Virus record (IMG/VR): IMGVR_UViG_2904150443_000004 | Location: 64,001 to 128,000 of that record | Strand: one strand, 5' to 3' | DNA from: a virus | Lineage: Duplodnaviria > Caudoviricetes | DNA length: 64,000 bases | In this document: piece after piece, positions 27,017 to 37,241 of the stretch | How positions within the stretch are numbered: the stretch's first letter is position 1 | How the letters are laid out: each line of letters begins with the position of its first letter | Program-made: the position numbers and the translations under genes | Notes under the pieces: model-generated | What the model saw: only the letters and a program-made list of their open reading frames with translations | Databases searched by the model: none | Told to the model about the DNA's origin: nothing

Positions 27017-28252
27017 ATGAAGAAGCGGATTATTATGCTTGTGGATATGCAATCATTTTACGCAAGTGTTGAAAAGGCGATGCAACCACAATATAAGGAC
27101 ATGCCATTAATTGTTGCAGGAGATCCAGCTAGAAGATCTGGAATTGTTCTTGCTGCATGTCCAATAGCAAAGAGCTACGGAATTTCAACCGCAGATAGAC
27201 TTTGGGAGGCACTTAATAAGTGTCCTGACGTTGTAGTTATTCAACCTCATCTGCAACAATATATAGACGTTTCCATGCAAATTACGACGATCCTAGAAAC
27301 GTACACTGATTTGGTGGAACCGTATTCGATAGATGAACAGTTCATTGATGTAACGAACTCCATTCATCTCTTTAATATGACTCCCGAAGAATTGGCTGCT
27401 GACATTCAGCAACAGATACTACATCAGACAGGAGTATGGGCTAGAGCAGGAATCGGAGAAAACAAGATCATCGCTAAAATGTGTTGTGACATGCTGGCGA
27501 AGAAAAATAAATCAGGAATCTTCACTTTAAGAAAAGACGAGTTAGACAAGCATCTCTGGCAAAAGCCAGTTGAAGATATGTGGGGCGTAGGCTCCCGAAT
27601 GAAACGGCACTTTTATCGTATGGGAATTAGAACGATAGGAGATTTAGCCAGAACCCCACTCCCTAAGTTAACGAAAAAATGGGGCGTTAACGGTCAAGTT
27701 TTATGGCAGTGTTCGAATGGAATCGATAATTCTCCCGTTACAAAGGATTCACATAGTGGGCAAAAGGTTATTGGTAATGGTATGACTCTTCCAAGAGATT
27801 ACGCTGAGGTTTGGGAAATAAACGTGGTAATCATGGATATGGTTAATCAAGTTTGCAGAAGGTGCAGACAAAAGAAGGTAAGAGGTTCTGTCTTAAATGT
27901 GAGCTGCATGGGAGCTGATTGGGATCATCCAACAGGATTCAATCGACAGATTAAACTAATGGATGCCACCAATGTAACTACAACAGTATATAAAGCAGCG
28001 GTTGACTTATTCCATAAATTTTGGGATGGTGAACCAATTAGACGGATTGGAGTATCAATGTCTGGATTAGAAAGTGATGAAGTATATCAATTAACACTTT
28101 TCGATGATCAGGTTAAAAATAGAAAGATTGATCAAGTTATGGATGCGGTAAGAGATAAGTTTGGAGAGACATCAATAGCATGGGCAAGCACATTTACCTC
28201 AGCAGGACAGACAATGGATCGTGCATCTAAGATTGGGGGTCATTATAAATGA
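27017..28252 (+). CDS. Y-family DNA polymerase (UvrX/PolY2/UmuC-like)
   Basis: DMQSFYASVE, YSIDE, WGVG, QLTLF clamp motif, IGGH end. Confidence 0.95.
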   Translation: MKKRIIMLVDMQSFYASVEKAMQPQYKDMPLIVAGDPARRSGIVLAACPIAKSYGISTADRLWEALNKCPDVVVIQPHLQQYIDVSMQITTILETYTDLVEPYSIDEQFIDVTNSIHLFNMTPEELAADIQQQILHQTGVWARAGIGENKIIAKMCCDMLAKKNKSGIFTLRKDELDKHLWQKPVEDMWGVGSRMKRHFYRMGIRTIGDLARTPLPKLTKKWGVNGQVLWQCSNGIDNSPVTKDSHSGQKVIGNGMTLPRDYAEVWEINVVIMDMVNQVCRRCRQKKVRGSVLNVSCMGADWDHPTGFNRQIKLMDATNVTTTVYKAAVDLFHKFWDGEPIRRIGVSMSGLESDEVYQLTLFDDQVKNRKIDQVMDAVRDKFGETSIAWASTFTSAGQTMDRASKIGGHYK

Positions 28253-28578
28253 GAGGAAAGTTAAGCGGAAATATTATGTGGGAGGCGAGTAGAATGATGT
28301 TGCCTGAACATAAGGAGGCAATTAAACAACATAGCCATGTTAAAGGTGAATACAAGAAACCAGAGCTATGTGAGGAAAGAATTGAAGAGATAATGCTAAC
28401 GATTAGAGAAGCCTTCGAACAGCAAGCAGATATCAGTGTTGAATTTTATCAAAAACAAGGTAACAGAAAAGTTCAGGGCAAAGTGGCCAAGTTTGATCAA
28501 TTCGGGAAAAAGATTCGGATTGATTTTAATATGGGATATGAGTGGATAGATCTTGCTAAAATAGTATCAGCTACATAG
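28249..28578 (+). CDS. YolD-like protein
   Basis: WEASRMMLPEHK, coupled to polY. Confidence 0.9.
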   Translation: MRGKLSGNIMWEASRMMLPEHKEAIKQHSHVKGEYKKPELCEERIEEIMLTIREAFEQQADISVEFYQKQGNRKVQGKVAKFDQFGKKIRIDFNMGYEWIDLAKIVSAT

Positions 28579-28606
28579 GGCACTAAATTGTGCTCTTTCT
28601 TATTTT
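28577..28606 (+). terminator. intrinsic terminator
   Basis: AGGGCAC-N6-GTGCTCT followed by T-rich tract. Confidence 0.6.
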
Positions 28607-28620
28607 ATATAAATAAAATA

Positions 28621-28650
28621 TTGACTGTTTCATATTGATAATGATATTCT
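28621..28650 (+). promoter_or_regulatory. sigmaA-like promoter
   Basis: AAATAAAATA-TTGACT-N18-TATTCT with TGn. Confidence 0.55.
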
Positions 28651-28793
28651 TTGAATAGATAAATGTTGGAAATATGTGAGTGGAGTATAAGCATAAATCT
28701 TTCATTTATCTTTCTTTAATTGTTTGGTTAATTCTGTGAATTGGAGATATAATTACAATAGAGTAAAAAGCCATTTCACAGGAGGTTGATAGA

Positions 28794-29093
28794 GTGTATA
28801 ACAATATGATAGTTACATCGATTTATATTGAAGCACCACCTGTATTAACTGTTTCTACAAACGAACCAAATAAGAAACAAATCGTACATTTAATAGGACG
28901 CATTGCTGATAAAAGAGAAATTGATGGTGAAACAAAATATATAAGCTATGAAGATCTCAAAAATGGAGATAAGTTATATAAGTTTACAGTTGGTGATAAA
29001 CAAGTAATGGTAGTAGTGGAAAGACTCCCGATACTTACTTTCGCTAAGAACTCAGATGAGTATACATTTGATCCTGTAGAAATTCGTAGTTAG
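28794..29093 (+). CDS. hypothetical protein
   Basis: AGGAGG RBS. Confidence 0.7.
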   Translation: MYNNMIVTSIYIEAPPVLTVSTNEPNKKQIVHLIGRIADKREIDGETKYISYEDLKNGDKLYKFTVGDKQVMVVVERLPILTFAKNSDEYTFDPVEIRS

Positions 29094-29128
29094 CATCATA
29101 ATATATTCACAAATAGGAGGATGTTTAT

Positions 29129-29644
29129 ATGAGCCAAAGTCCATTGTATAAAAAGATGATTTCTCTTACTCCAGCTTTAAATGGTGTTATTGAAGTTGCT
29201 TCTGAAGTAAAGCAAGCTAGAGAGGATTTTAATAGAAGGTATCCCAAGGTGACTGGTCACATCGCAGAACATCTAGATGAATATATAAAGGATGAAGATA
29301 TCCGTATTGCTAAGGAAAAATTCATATCTTATATGAACCGACTATCTTACGATGACGTGGTTATTATAGATGCAATAATGCTTGTGGGCAGACAAGAGAA
29401 AGATCCTGAAGAATATATTCAGGCCAAAGTTGAAACTGAAAAAGAAGGATACGAATGGCTTGAGCCGGAAGAAGGTGTTTTTGATTCACCTCAGAAAAAG
29501 GTATTTGATTATTTAAAGTACATAAAGAGCTTAAATACAACTAAAACGGAAATTATCTTCTCGATGATGGAGAAAGCGCCTTTAATCGATTTCTTACAGC
29601 GAGGAATGCATATTCTCGATATTCAAGACAAGACCAGAGTTTAA
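29129..29644 (+). CDS. hypothetical protein (DUF3775-like)
   Basis: LSYDDVVIIDAIMLVGR. Confidence 0.6.
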   Translation: MSQSPLYKKMISLTPALNGVIEVASEVKQAREDFNRRYPKVTGHIAEHLDEYIKDEDIRIAKEKFISYMNRLSYDDVVIIDAIMLVGRQEKDPEEYIQAKVETEKEGYEWLEPEEGVFDSPQKKVFDYLKYIKSLNTTKTEIIFSMMEKAPLIDFLQRGMHILDIQDKTRV

Positions 29645-29648
29645 AGGG

Positions 29649-29882
29649 GTGAATCCAATGAAAATTATATGTAAAGGTCAAATAAAAGGTTCGTTTCGGG
29701 GCTGGAAAAATAGAGACACGGAATATCAATTTGTAAGCGGCGAGAAGTGGAGGCAAGAAGAATACCATTATCATTATCACTATTCTTACTATCCAAATGC
29801 GAAGGTAATTCAAACAGCAAGAGGTTTCGAAATGCATGTTGATGGATTGAATTTTGGAATGCTTGTTAAGAGAGTGTATTGA
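29649..29882 (+). CDS. hypothetical protein
   Basis: ORF. Confidence 0.6.
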   Translation: MNPMKIICKGQIKGSFRGWKNRDTEYQFVSGEKWRQEEYHYHYHYSYYPNAKVIQTARGFEMHVDGLNFGMLVKRVY

Positions 29883-29911
29883 AATATCGTTTTTATGGGG
29901 AGAGGTAAAGG

Positions 29912-30130
29912 TTGAATTGGATATCTAATTCACCAATACAAGACAGAAATGAGCATGGAAAAGATTTGAGGGTTGAAATATTTGATGATCGTTCTGAATT
30001 CCCTGAAGTTGGAGAGGAATACGTCATTTACTGTGAACGTGGATATTTTGAAATTGAACCTACAAGGTATATTTGGGGAGAATTTCAAGGGGAAAAGATG
30101 TATCTCCTTTTGCATAAAGGTGTATTATGA
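29912..30130 (+). CDS. hypothetical protein
   Basis: Bracketed by palindromes 29879 and 30130. Confidence 0.6.
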   Translation: MNWISNSPIQDRNEHGKDLRVEIFDDRSEFPEVGEEYVIYCERGYFEIEPTRYIWGEFQGEKMYLLLHKGVL

Positions 30131-30161
30131 TAAAATTGGCATTTTATAAGGAGAAATATAT

Positions 30162-30437
30162 ATGACTTACAGCAAACCAAAATGTCACTGTGGTACAGAG
30201 CTGGTACACAGTTTGGAGTATATTTATCGTGAGGATAGAAGAATATCGTTAAATGGACAACCACTGAAAAATAAATGCAACAAACCATTAGAAGATCTTG
30301 TTCCATACGATGATCCTCATGAGTATTTACGATGTCCAGAATGCTATTTCCGATATGAAATGGATTATGATGAGCAAGGAAGGATCATAACAATCGGAGG
30401 TATTAAGCCGCATCCGAATGATACTGGATTAGGATAG
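30162..30437 (+). CDS. small zinc-finger protein (paralog A)
   Basis: CxC...CxxC. Confidence 0.65.
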   Translation: MTYSKPKCHCGTELVHSLEYIYREDRRISLNGQPLKNKCNKPLEDLVPYDDPHEYLRCPECYFRYEMDYDEQGRIITIGGIKPHPNDTGLG

Positions 30438-30447
30438 GAGAATACAT

Positions 30448-30693
30448 ATGAACTATAAAATACCTACATGTACATGCGGTAGTGAACTAATGTTAAGAAT
30501 GCAGCCAGCATTTGAGATTGAGCTTAAACCATTAAAAAACGGAAGATATCCAAATATCAAAAAGAAGGATATCAATCTTTCTAAGATAATTCCTGATAAC
30601 TATCCAGAATGGCTTCAGTGTCCAAATTGCGACACCGAATACGAGTTTATTCAAGACGAAAAGGGCATGGTAAAAGATATTTGGAAAAGATAA
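30448..30693 (+). CDS. small zinc-finger protein (paralog B)
   Basis: CxC...CxxC, similar to the preceding ORF. Confidence 0.65.
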   Translation: MNYKIPTCTCGSELMLRMQPAFEIELKPLKNGRYPNIKKKDINLSKIIPDNYPEWLQCPNCDTEYEFIQDEKGMVKDIWKR

Positions 30694-30743
30694 TAAAATG
30701 GGGATTTGATGAAGCTCATAGTTCTAAAGGAGAGATCATATTA

Positions 30744-31256
30744 ATGCCAGAGTTCTTTTCGGAATTATTTTCAACAGAAAATATAATTAAAATGATAACG
30801 ACAGGACTTCCCACATTGCTAATTGCTCTACTAGTTCCCTTATATTCTGTAAGGGTTGCCTTAAAGCAATTTTATAGTCAGAAATGGTGGGAAACAAAAG
30901 CTAAAGCATATTTTGAAATCATTGAAAATTTATCTACTTTAGAATATATCTACGGAGAGTATTTTGAACATTATGTGATGAACAGTATTAAATTTTCAGA
31001 CGAAAAAATAAACAGTTTCTATGAGATACAAGTTAAGGCTCTTTCTGAAATAAAAAAGTATTCGGCTATGGGTAATTACATTATCTCCAATGAAGTGTCT
31101 GAGGTATTGAAAAATCTATTGAGAGAGCTAGATTATAGACACAAAGAAGGTAACTGGTTTGAAGACATAGAACATCATCATGGAGCCATTATTGAATGTT
31201 TAAAACTGACAAAAGAGAGCGCTAAAAGTGATTTGAATAGAAGAAAGATGAAATAA
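30744..31256 (+). CDS. TM-anchored helical hypothetical protein
   Basis: AAGGAG RBS, TM segment then QKWWETK..AY. Confidence 0.65.
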   Translation: MPEFFSELFSTENIIKMITTGLPTLLIALLVPLYSVRVALKQFYSQKWWETKAKAYFEIIENLSTLEYIYGEYFEHYVMNSIKFSDEKINSFYEIQVKALSEIKKYSAMGNYIISNEVSEVLKNLLRELDYRHKEGNWFEDIEHHHGAIIECLKLTKESAKSDLNRRKMK

Positions 31257-31286
31257 TACTTTTATAACCGAAAGGGGACGAGCAAA

Positions 31287-31469
31287 GTGAATGTTTTTGA
31301 GGCATTTAATTTGATGAATGCAGGTCACATAGTAAAGGATGACTATGGTTATTGGTTTAAAAAAGATGATAATCAACTAATTGATTCTATAGATGAAGGA
31401 AAGACATGGCACCCAACGGAAGAATTTAAGTATGGTTACATTAATCAAAAATGGCATTTAGTTAAATGA
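31287..31469 (+). CDS. hypothetical protein
   Basis: Bracketed by palindromes. Confidence 0.6.
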   Translation: MNVFEAFNLMNAGHIVKDDYGYWFKKDDNQLIDSIDEGKTWHPTEEFKYGYINQKWHLVK

Positions 31470-31507
31470 AGATAAAACAATTCATTTATTTGGAGGTGTT
31501 ATGAAAA

Positions 31508-31732
31508 ATGGACGGTCTCGAATCATGTAGTTATTGTAAACCGAAAAACGCGAAAACATTGCTTGCAGGTAAAGCAGCGTATATGTCAGCATGGGTACAA
31601 ATTTATACTAATGATAGTGATGTAAGATTGGGATTGAGCGCAAAAGGAGAAAGTGATATTGGAAATTCAGTTGAGATTTTTTACTGTCCAATGTGCGGTA
31701 GAAAATTAAGTGGCAAGAACAAAACGAAATGA
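31508..31732 (+). CDS. small zinc-binding phage protein
   Basis: CxxC...YCPMCGRKL. Confidence 0.7.
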   Translation: MDGLESCSYCKPKNAKTLLAGKAAYMSAWVQIYTNDSDVRLGLSAKGESDIGNSVEIFYCPMCGRKLSGKNKTK

Positions 31733-31764
31733 GTATTTTATTTGAACTGAGGGAGGAATGTGAA

Positions 31765-32124
31765 GTGAAGCGAGACATGGAACTTATCATTGAAATTTTA
31801 AAGGTAGTTGAATCAAAAACAGAACCATTTATTATGAGTATTGAAGGTAAAGATTATGGACTGGTTCAGTACAATGTAGGCCTCGCGGTTGAACATGGAT
31901 TGATTGTTGCTTCATCTAAAATTATTGAGTGCGTGCCAACATATCTGATTAGCGGTCTAACTTGGGATGGTCATGAGTTCTTAGATTCAGTGAAAAATGA
32001 AGGAGTCTTGGAAAAAGCGAAATCATTAGCCAAGGAGAAAGGAAGCAAACTTTATGATCTTCCTTTCGAAATTTTAAAGGGTGTTTTTGTTAAAGCTGCA
32101 ACGTTATATTATCTAGGATCATGA
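31765..32124 (+). CDS. DUF2513 family protein
   Basis: MKRDMELIIEIL...LTWDGHEFLD. Confidence 0.8.
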   Translation: MKRDMELIIEILKVVESKTEPFIMSIEGKDYGLVQYNVGLAVEHGLIVASSKIIECVPTYLISGLTWDGHEFLDSVKNEGVLEKAKSLAKEKGSKLYDLPFEILKGVFVKAATLYYLGS

Positions 32125-32157
32125 AATTAGACCTTTATACAGAATAGGAGATTAGGA

Positions 32158-32658
32158 ATGAATATAGACCTTATAAATAAGCTATTAACAATCGCATTCC
32201 CTGCTTCTATAGTAACAGCGATTTTAGCAAGTATTTTCAATAAAATAACCAATGATAAAAATCAATCGTTAAAATATGTAACTGACGAGAGAGCAAAGTG
32301 GAGAAATTTTGTAAAAGATAGTGCATCAAAAATTTACTCAAGAGAATATGAAAATGAAAGTAAAAAAGTGGTCATAACTAAGTTGATATTGAGTCTAAAC
32401 CCATTAAGTAAACAAGGAGAAATTGACCATACTATAATCTTGCTAATACATAAAATTGAAAAAGGAACTTCTAATGAGCATACCTTGGAACAACTACGAT
32501 TCTGCATTAGTATGTTATTGAAGCATGACTGGGAGAGGTCAAAAAATGAAACAATGTGGGTTCTAAAAAGAATTGTCAATTATCGAAGAGAAAGAAATGT
32601 AATAAAAGAATATAAGAAATGGTACGCAAACGAAGTAGACCAAAGAAAGTTTTCGTAA
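32158..32658 (+). CDS. TM-anchored hypothetical protein
   Basis: VTDERAKWR...LLKHDWERSK. Confidence 0.7.
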   Translation: MNIDLINKLLTIAFPASIVTAILASIFNKITNDKNQSLKYVTDERAKWRNFVKDSASKIYSREYENESKKVVITKLILSLNPLSKQGEIDHTIILLIHKIEKGTSNEHTLEQLRFCISMLLKHDWERSKNETMWVLKRIVNYRRERNVIKEYKKWYANEVDQRKFS

Positions 32659-32745
32659 ATCTAAATAAATGGGAGGAGTATCTGAATATATAATTTGGTG
32701 ATAAAGTATTGTATCGGGTAAATGAAAATATAGTGGAGGTAAAAC

Positions 32746-32910
32746 ATGGATTGTGACCATAGAGAGATTATAATAGGCAATACAGAGGGCGCAAAGCTTG
32801 GAAGCGGAGTATACGAAGTAGATTTTGTGATTAGTTGTAATGTTTGCGAGAAAGAGTTATTTCGTATAAGTGAGTGTAAAAGAATAATTAATAATATTTC
32901 AAAACATTGA
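32746..32910 (+). CDS. small hypothetical protein (54 aa)
   Basis: GGAGG RBS, CxH...CxxC. Confidence 0.55.
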   Translation: MDCDHREIIIGNTEGAKLGSGVYEVDFVISCNVCEKELFRISECKRIINNISKH

Positions 32911-32942
32911 ATAAAACGAATCTTTTATTGGAGGTGGATTAT

Positions 32943-33161
32943 ATGTTCATTGAGGTAGCACTGATTGGTAAACACAAGGATATAATCATTAATATCAACA
33001 ACATTGTCAAGATTGAAGCTCTTGAAGAAAAGCAGCATGTCGATGGCCTAGATTGGTATGCTACTCGGATTGATTTGTCTGAATCAGATTTTGTTCTGGT
33101 TAGAGAAACACATCGCCAAATTAAAGATAAAATTAAAGCTGCTGGCGGTAAGGTGGATTAA
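32943..33161 (+). CDS. hypothetical protein (FlbD-like fold)
   Basis: MFIEV...ININNI...VRET...IK. Confidence 0.6.
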   Translation: MFIEVALIGKHKDIIININNIVKIEALEEKQHVDGLDWYATRIDLSESDFVLVRETHRQIKDKIKAAGGKVD

Positions 33162-33243
33162 CAATAACATGTGAGTTTGATCGGGGCAAATGTGGTTTAT
33201 TGTTGAAATAGTAATATCATAAATTTATCTGGAGGGATGTAGC

Positions 33244-33579
33244 ATGGACAAAAAGACATTCGATATTATCAATGGCTATAATAACATTACTAATGAGCTT
33301 TATTTCAAACTGGAAAAGATAGTAGGCATGGATAAAGCTGAAGAACTTTTAAGAGAGATTGATGAGCACACTTCAAAACTTTTGAAGCTTGGCAAATACA
33401 CAGATGAGTCAAGTATAGTTGAAGAAGAAGGGTTTTTAAAGAAAGAATACGAGGGCATTCCAATGTATACAAAGGTGATAGTACTTTATAGATATGATAG
33501 TGGCTATTCTTTGTGTGAAACTACGACAGATTTAACAGTGTTTATTCCAACTGATCTTATATGTCATGAGACAGAATAA
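33244..33579 (+). CDS. hypothetical protein
   Basis: GGAGG RBS. Confidence 0.65.
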   Translation: MDKKTFDIINGYNNITNELYFKLEKIVGMDKAEELLREIDEHTSKLLKLGKYTDESSIVEEEGFLKKEYEGIPMYTKVIVLYRYDSGYSLCETTTDLTVFIPTDLICHETE

Positions 33580-33615
33580 TTAATGTGTACATAACTAATA
33601 AGGACGTGAATTAGT

Positions 33616-33888
33616 ATGGGAAAATTCAATGAAATGCTTTCTACAATTGACAAAGAACAAATCGAATCTATTCAAAATATCGATTATGATTTATGGAATT
33701 ATTCTTTACAACAATACCCACAGGCATTATTTGATATGCTATGTTTAGACTCAAGGGAACTAGATGAGGATGAGCGTAGAGAACGGATAGTTGCATTAGA
33801 CGCTGCTTACGTCTATCTTCAATCAACTATGGAAGAAATAAGCAAGGAACTTAGAAAAAAATACTCAACTGATAGATTGAATTATTAG
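33616..33888 (+). CDS. hypothetical protein
   Basis: ORF. Confidence 0.65.
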   Translation: MGKFNEMLSTIDKEQIESIQNIDYDLWNYSLQQYPQALFDMLCLDSRELDEDERRERIVALDAAYVYLQSTMEEISKELRKKYSTDRLNY

Positions 33889-33910
33889 AAAACGGAAGGA
33901 GAACAAGGAG

Positions 33911-34045
33911 ATGCGTGAATTTAGAGATTGTCTAACTTGTGGTAACTCGCTTAGTGCTGATGGAGAAAATGGTGAACATATCTTATATTGTGTAGTTCAT
34001 GATAAATTTGTTGATGAAGAAGAAACATGTGAAGATTATGGATAA
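33911..34045 (+). CDS. small Cys-rich protein (44 aa)
   Basis: RBS, CxxC...C...C. Confidence 0.55.
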   Translation: MREFRDCLTCGNSLSADGENGEHILYCVVHDKFVDEEETCEDYG

Positions 34046-34239
34046 GCCTATTAATTAAAGAGTATAAAATATGACTTTTATATAGTTTTATATGTATAGT
34101 AATTATTTTTATCAGTTGGGTATTAGAATGAAAACTAAAATCTATCACTGTGACGAACAAGAATTGGTTAAGATTAAGGGGGAATTCAAGTATCTTGAAT
34201 CAAAAGATGTAAGAATATATTCATATAGAGGTGTCATAA

Positions 34240-35466
34240 GTGGAAAAGACTGTCCTGAATAATGGATTTACTATAATCACAAATAAAGTTTCGACATCTA
34301 AACTTGTAGCACTAGAATATGTTGTAAAAGTAGGCTCATTTTACGAAGATGAATATCCTATCGGTATTTCTCATTTTTTAGAACATATGATGTTATCTGG
34401 CACGAAAAAAAGAAGCAACGAAGATATTAATAATGACATTAAATATTTCGGTGGATATATTAATGGAGGCACTAGTTTTTATCGCACAAGTTTCGATTGT
34501 ACAATTATGAAGGAATACTGGAGAGAAGGACTGGAAATTCTTTCTGATGTTGTTTGGAATGCAACTTTACCTGAAGATCGTATAGATAAAGAAAGAAATG
34601 TGATCAAACAAGAAATTGGTCTTCTTTATGATGACGCTATGATTCATTTAAGAGATCACATCTTTAGTGGTTTATTAAAAGATGGAAAATCGGATAAGTA
34701 TACTGTAATAGGCACAACAGATTCAATTGGTGCTATCAATAAGCAGAATCTTGATGAATACATGCATAAATTTTACACACCAAACCGAACAACTCTTTTT
34801 GTTTCTGGAGATGTTGATCATCATGAAATTATTTCATTCTTTAATGATTTTCACATTGAAACTTCAAACACTCATATTGAAGATCTAAAGATTGAAGAGT
34901 TTAGAAAATTAGATTCAGTAACTCATTCATTTAATAGTAAATTTGACCGAGGGTATTTTTGTTGTTCGATGTTTGCTCCATCCAAAAAAAGTGAATGTTA
35001 TTATACTTTTGAGCTTATAATTAACCTACTATCAACAGGTCTTTCTTCGAGACTTTACAGGAAGTTGAGAGAAGAACTTGGATTATTGTACGGCTTAGGA
35101 ATGGATCATATTGATCTTAAAGAAAGAGGATTGAGTATATTTACTGCAATAAGCGATCCGGAGAATTTTTCACAAATAAAGATATCCTTTCTTGAGGAAC
35201 TGAATAAATTAAAAGAGGAATTGGTTAGTGAACGGGAACTGCAAGAAGTTAAGAATTCAGTAATGTATCATCTATATAGAGAATCAGAGACGGTTTCTAA
35301 CATTAACACAAAGGCTATTGAACACTACTTCCATGGTAATTCAGAGGATGTTAAAACCATTGTCGATAAGATTTCAGGTATCACTCCCAATGATATAATG
35401 CGTTGTGCAAAAGAGTTTTTTATTGAAAGTAATTATATGTATATTGAAGTGACACCAAATAAATAA
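34240..35466 (+). CDS. M16 (pitrilysin/insulinase) family zinc peptidase
   Basis: GISHFLEHM (HxxEH), ERNVIKQE, SSRLYRKLREELGLLY. Confidence 0.9.
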   Translation: MEKTVLNNGFTIITNKVSTSKLVALEYVVKVGSFYEDEYPIGISHFLEHMMLSGTKKRSNEDINNDIKYFGGYINGGTSFYRTSFDCTIMKEYWREGLEILSDVVWNATLPEDRIDKERNVIKQEIGLLYDDAMIHLRDHIFSGLLKDGKSDKYTVIGTTDSIGAINKQNLDEYMHKFYTPNRTTLFVSGDVDHHEIISFFNDFHIETSNTHIEDLKIEEFRKLDSVTHSFNSKFDRGYFCCSMFAPSKKSECYYTFELIINLLSTGLSSRLYRKLREELGLLYGLGMDHIDLKERGLSIFTAISDPENFSQIKISFLEELNKLKEELVSERELQEVKNSVMYHLYRESETVSNINTKAIEHYFHGNSEDVKTIVDKISGITPNDIMRCAKEFFIESNYMYIEVTPNK

Positions 35467-35862
35467 TTAAGCAAGAGCCAGCTAAAAAATAGAGTAAATG
35501 CATCCATACTCTGTTTGCTGATTACTGGCTTTTGTATAGAAATACAAACCAGAGATTTATGAAATGCGAATTTTATATTGACTACATGTTTGGAGGATAG
35601 TAATATGATTTTAGCTTGTTATGGTATGATGGTGGTGCATTTAATACCGCAACAGGGCATTATGAACCATTCTTTGTTTTCTTTGGTCGGAAAACAAAGG
35701 AAGCCGCCATATAGGATTAGTTCTGAAAGTGGCGGTTTTAATATAGGTATAAATATAAAATATGATACAATACATTATTAATTAATGAATATCAAGCAAT
35801 ATAATACACTAAAAATCTCTATTTTTAAATGAAAGTTTAGGATATGAAAAGGAGGAATAGTA

Positions 35863-36285
35863 ATGTCAAGTTTAACAGGTGCAATTATAATTGCTGCAAA
35901 AGCACATCTAGGCCAAGTTGATAAAGGAGGAAATCCATACATACTCCATCCCCTTCGTGTAATGGATAAGGTTCAAGGGGAAGAAGCAAAAATAGTTGCA
36001 GTTTTACACGATGTTGTTGAAGATACATATGTAACTGCCGAAGATCTTTTAATTATTGGGTTCTCAAAAGAGATTCTTACTTCAATTGACTGCTTAACAA
36101 GAAAAAAAGATGAGTCATATATGGAGTTTATTCGTCGAGCGAAATTAGATCTAATCGCTAGACAGGTTAAAATTGCAGACATTGAAGACAATATGGACCT
36201 ATCAAGACTTAAAAAAGTGACTGAGGAAGATATTAAAAGGAATAAAAAATATGAAAAATCATTAAAAATATTGACTTTAGATTGA
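35863..36285 (+). CDS. HD-domain small alarmone hydrolase (Mesh1/SpoT-like)
   Basis: HLGQVDKGGNPYILHP, LHDVVED, VKIADIEDN. Confidence 0.85.
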   Translation: MSSLTGAIIIAAKAHLGQVDKGGNPYILHPLRVMDKVQGEEAKIVAVLHDVVEDTYVTAEDLLIIGFSKEILTSIDCLTRKKDESYMEFIRRAKLDLIARQVKIADIEDNMDLSRLKKVTEEDIKRNKKYEKSLKILTLD

Positions 36286-36323
36286 TAAAAACTGTATGAT
36301 GTAGAAAAGGATGAGAGTTAAAT

Positions 36324-36506
36324 ATGGAAAAAGTGTTTAAAAACATCAATAAATTTGATCTGTATAACTTACAAGGTAAAACTCTGACATTTAAGCTCAC
36401 CAAAGATGTTATGGAGGATGGTGTTTATGAATGTATGGTTGGAATTGATTTAAGTAATAAGAGTGCATACATATTTGATACACGATATCAAAAAAATGAA
36501 ATGTAA
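36324..36506 (+). CDS. hypothetical protein
   Basis: ORF. Confidence 0.55.
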   Translation: MEKVFKNINKFDLYNLQGKTLTFKLTKDVMEDGVYECMVGIDLSNKSAYIFDTRYQKNEM

Positions 36507-36536
36507 TAAAACAGACATTTCAATGGAGGTGATTCG

Positions 36537-36710
36537 ATGAATATGAAATTAGAAACAGAAAAGCGACTTAAAGAATTACGTAAAAGGAAACTAGAGTATA
36601 AATATCTAGAGAAAAAACTATCTGAAATTAACAAAGAAATTAAGTACTACTCGAATGTATTGGCTCTATTAAATAAAGTATCAATACAGGAATTAATGAA
36701 AACTATGTAA
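36537..36710 (+). CDS. small coiled-coil protein (57 aa)
   Basis: GGAGGTG RBS after palindrome 36506. Confidence 0.6.
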   Translation: MNMKLETEKRLKELRKRKLEYKYLEKKLSEINKEIKYYSNVLALLNKVSIQELMKTM

Positions 36711-36781
36711 TTCGTCTATGAGATACATGAAGTAAGAATCAATGTTTTATCAGGATAGAAAAGGAGGGTAGAGTATTCAAA

Positions 36782-36964
36782 ATGGAACGAAAAAAGATTG
36801 AGTTTTGGACATATGGGTATGAGAATGGGAGTATTGTTATCTGTTTTGATAAAGGACAGAAATATATTGAACTAAGTCCTAAAGATGTTAAGTCAATGGC
36901 ATCTTGGATTATGATGGAGAATGGCACATACATACCTAACTGGAATGCTGATTTAATCAATTAA
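36782..36964 (+). CDS. hypothetical protein
   Basis: ORF. Confidence 0.55.
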   Translation: MERKKIEFWTYGYENGSIVICFDKGQKYIELSPKDVKSMASWIMMENGTYIPNWNADLIN

Positions 36965-36985
36965 GAAATAATGAGGTAATTATAA

Positions 36986-37213
36986 GTGTCAGTATACATA
37001 GGTAACGATGAAGACCTAGGAAAGGCTTATACATATTCAAGTTTAGATTGTCGTATCTTACGAATTAGAGTTCAAAAGGTAAATAAAAAGAAACATCAAT
37101 GCGAGTTCTGCGGAACTGAAATCAACGAGAATGATGGTTCTGCATATTACTCAGGTATGAACTTAGGGAAGTTTTATTGTTTTCATTCATGTATGAAGTG
37201 TCATAATCAATAA
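36986..37213 (+). CDS. small zinc-finger protein
   Basis: HQCEFCG...HSCMKC. Confidence 0.6.
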   Translation: MSVYIGNDEDLGKAYTYSSLDCRILRIRVQKVNKKKHQCEFCGTEINENDGSAYYSGMNLGKFYCFHSCMKCHNQ

Positions 37214-37241
37214 TATAAAATAATAAGGAGTAATTCAAGAT

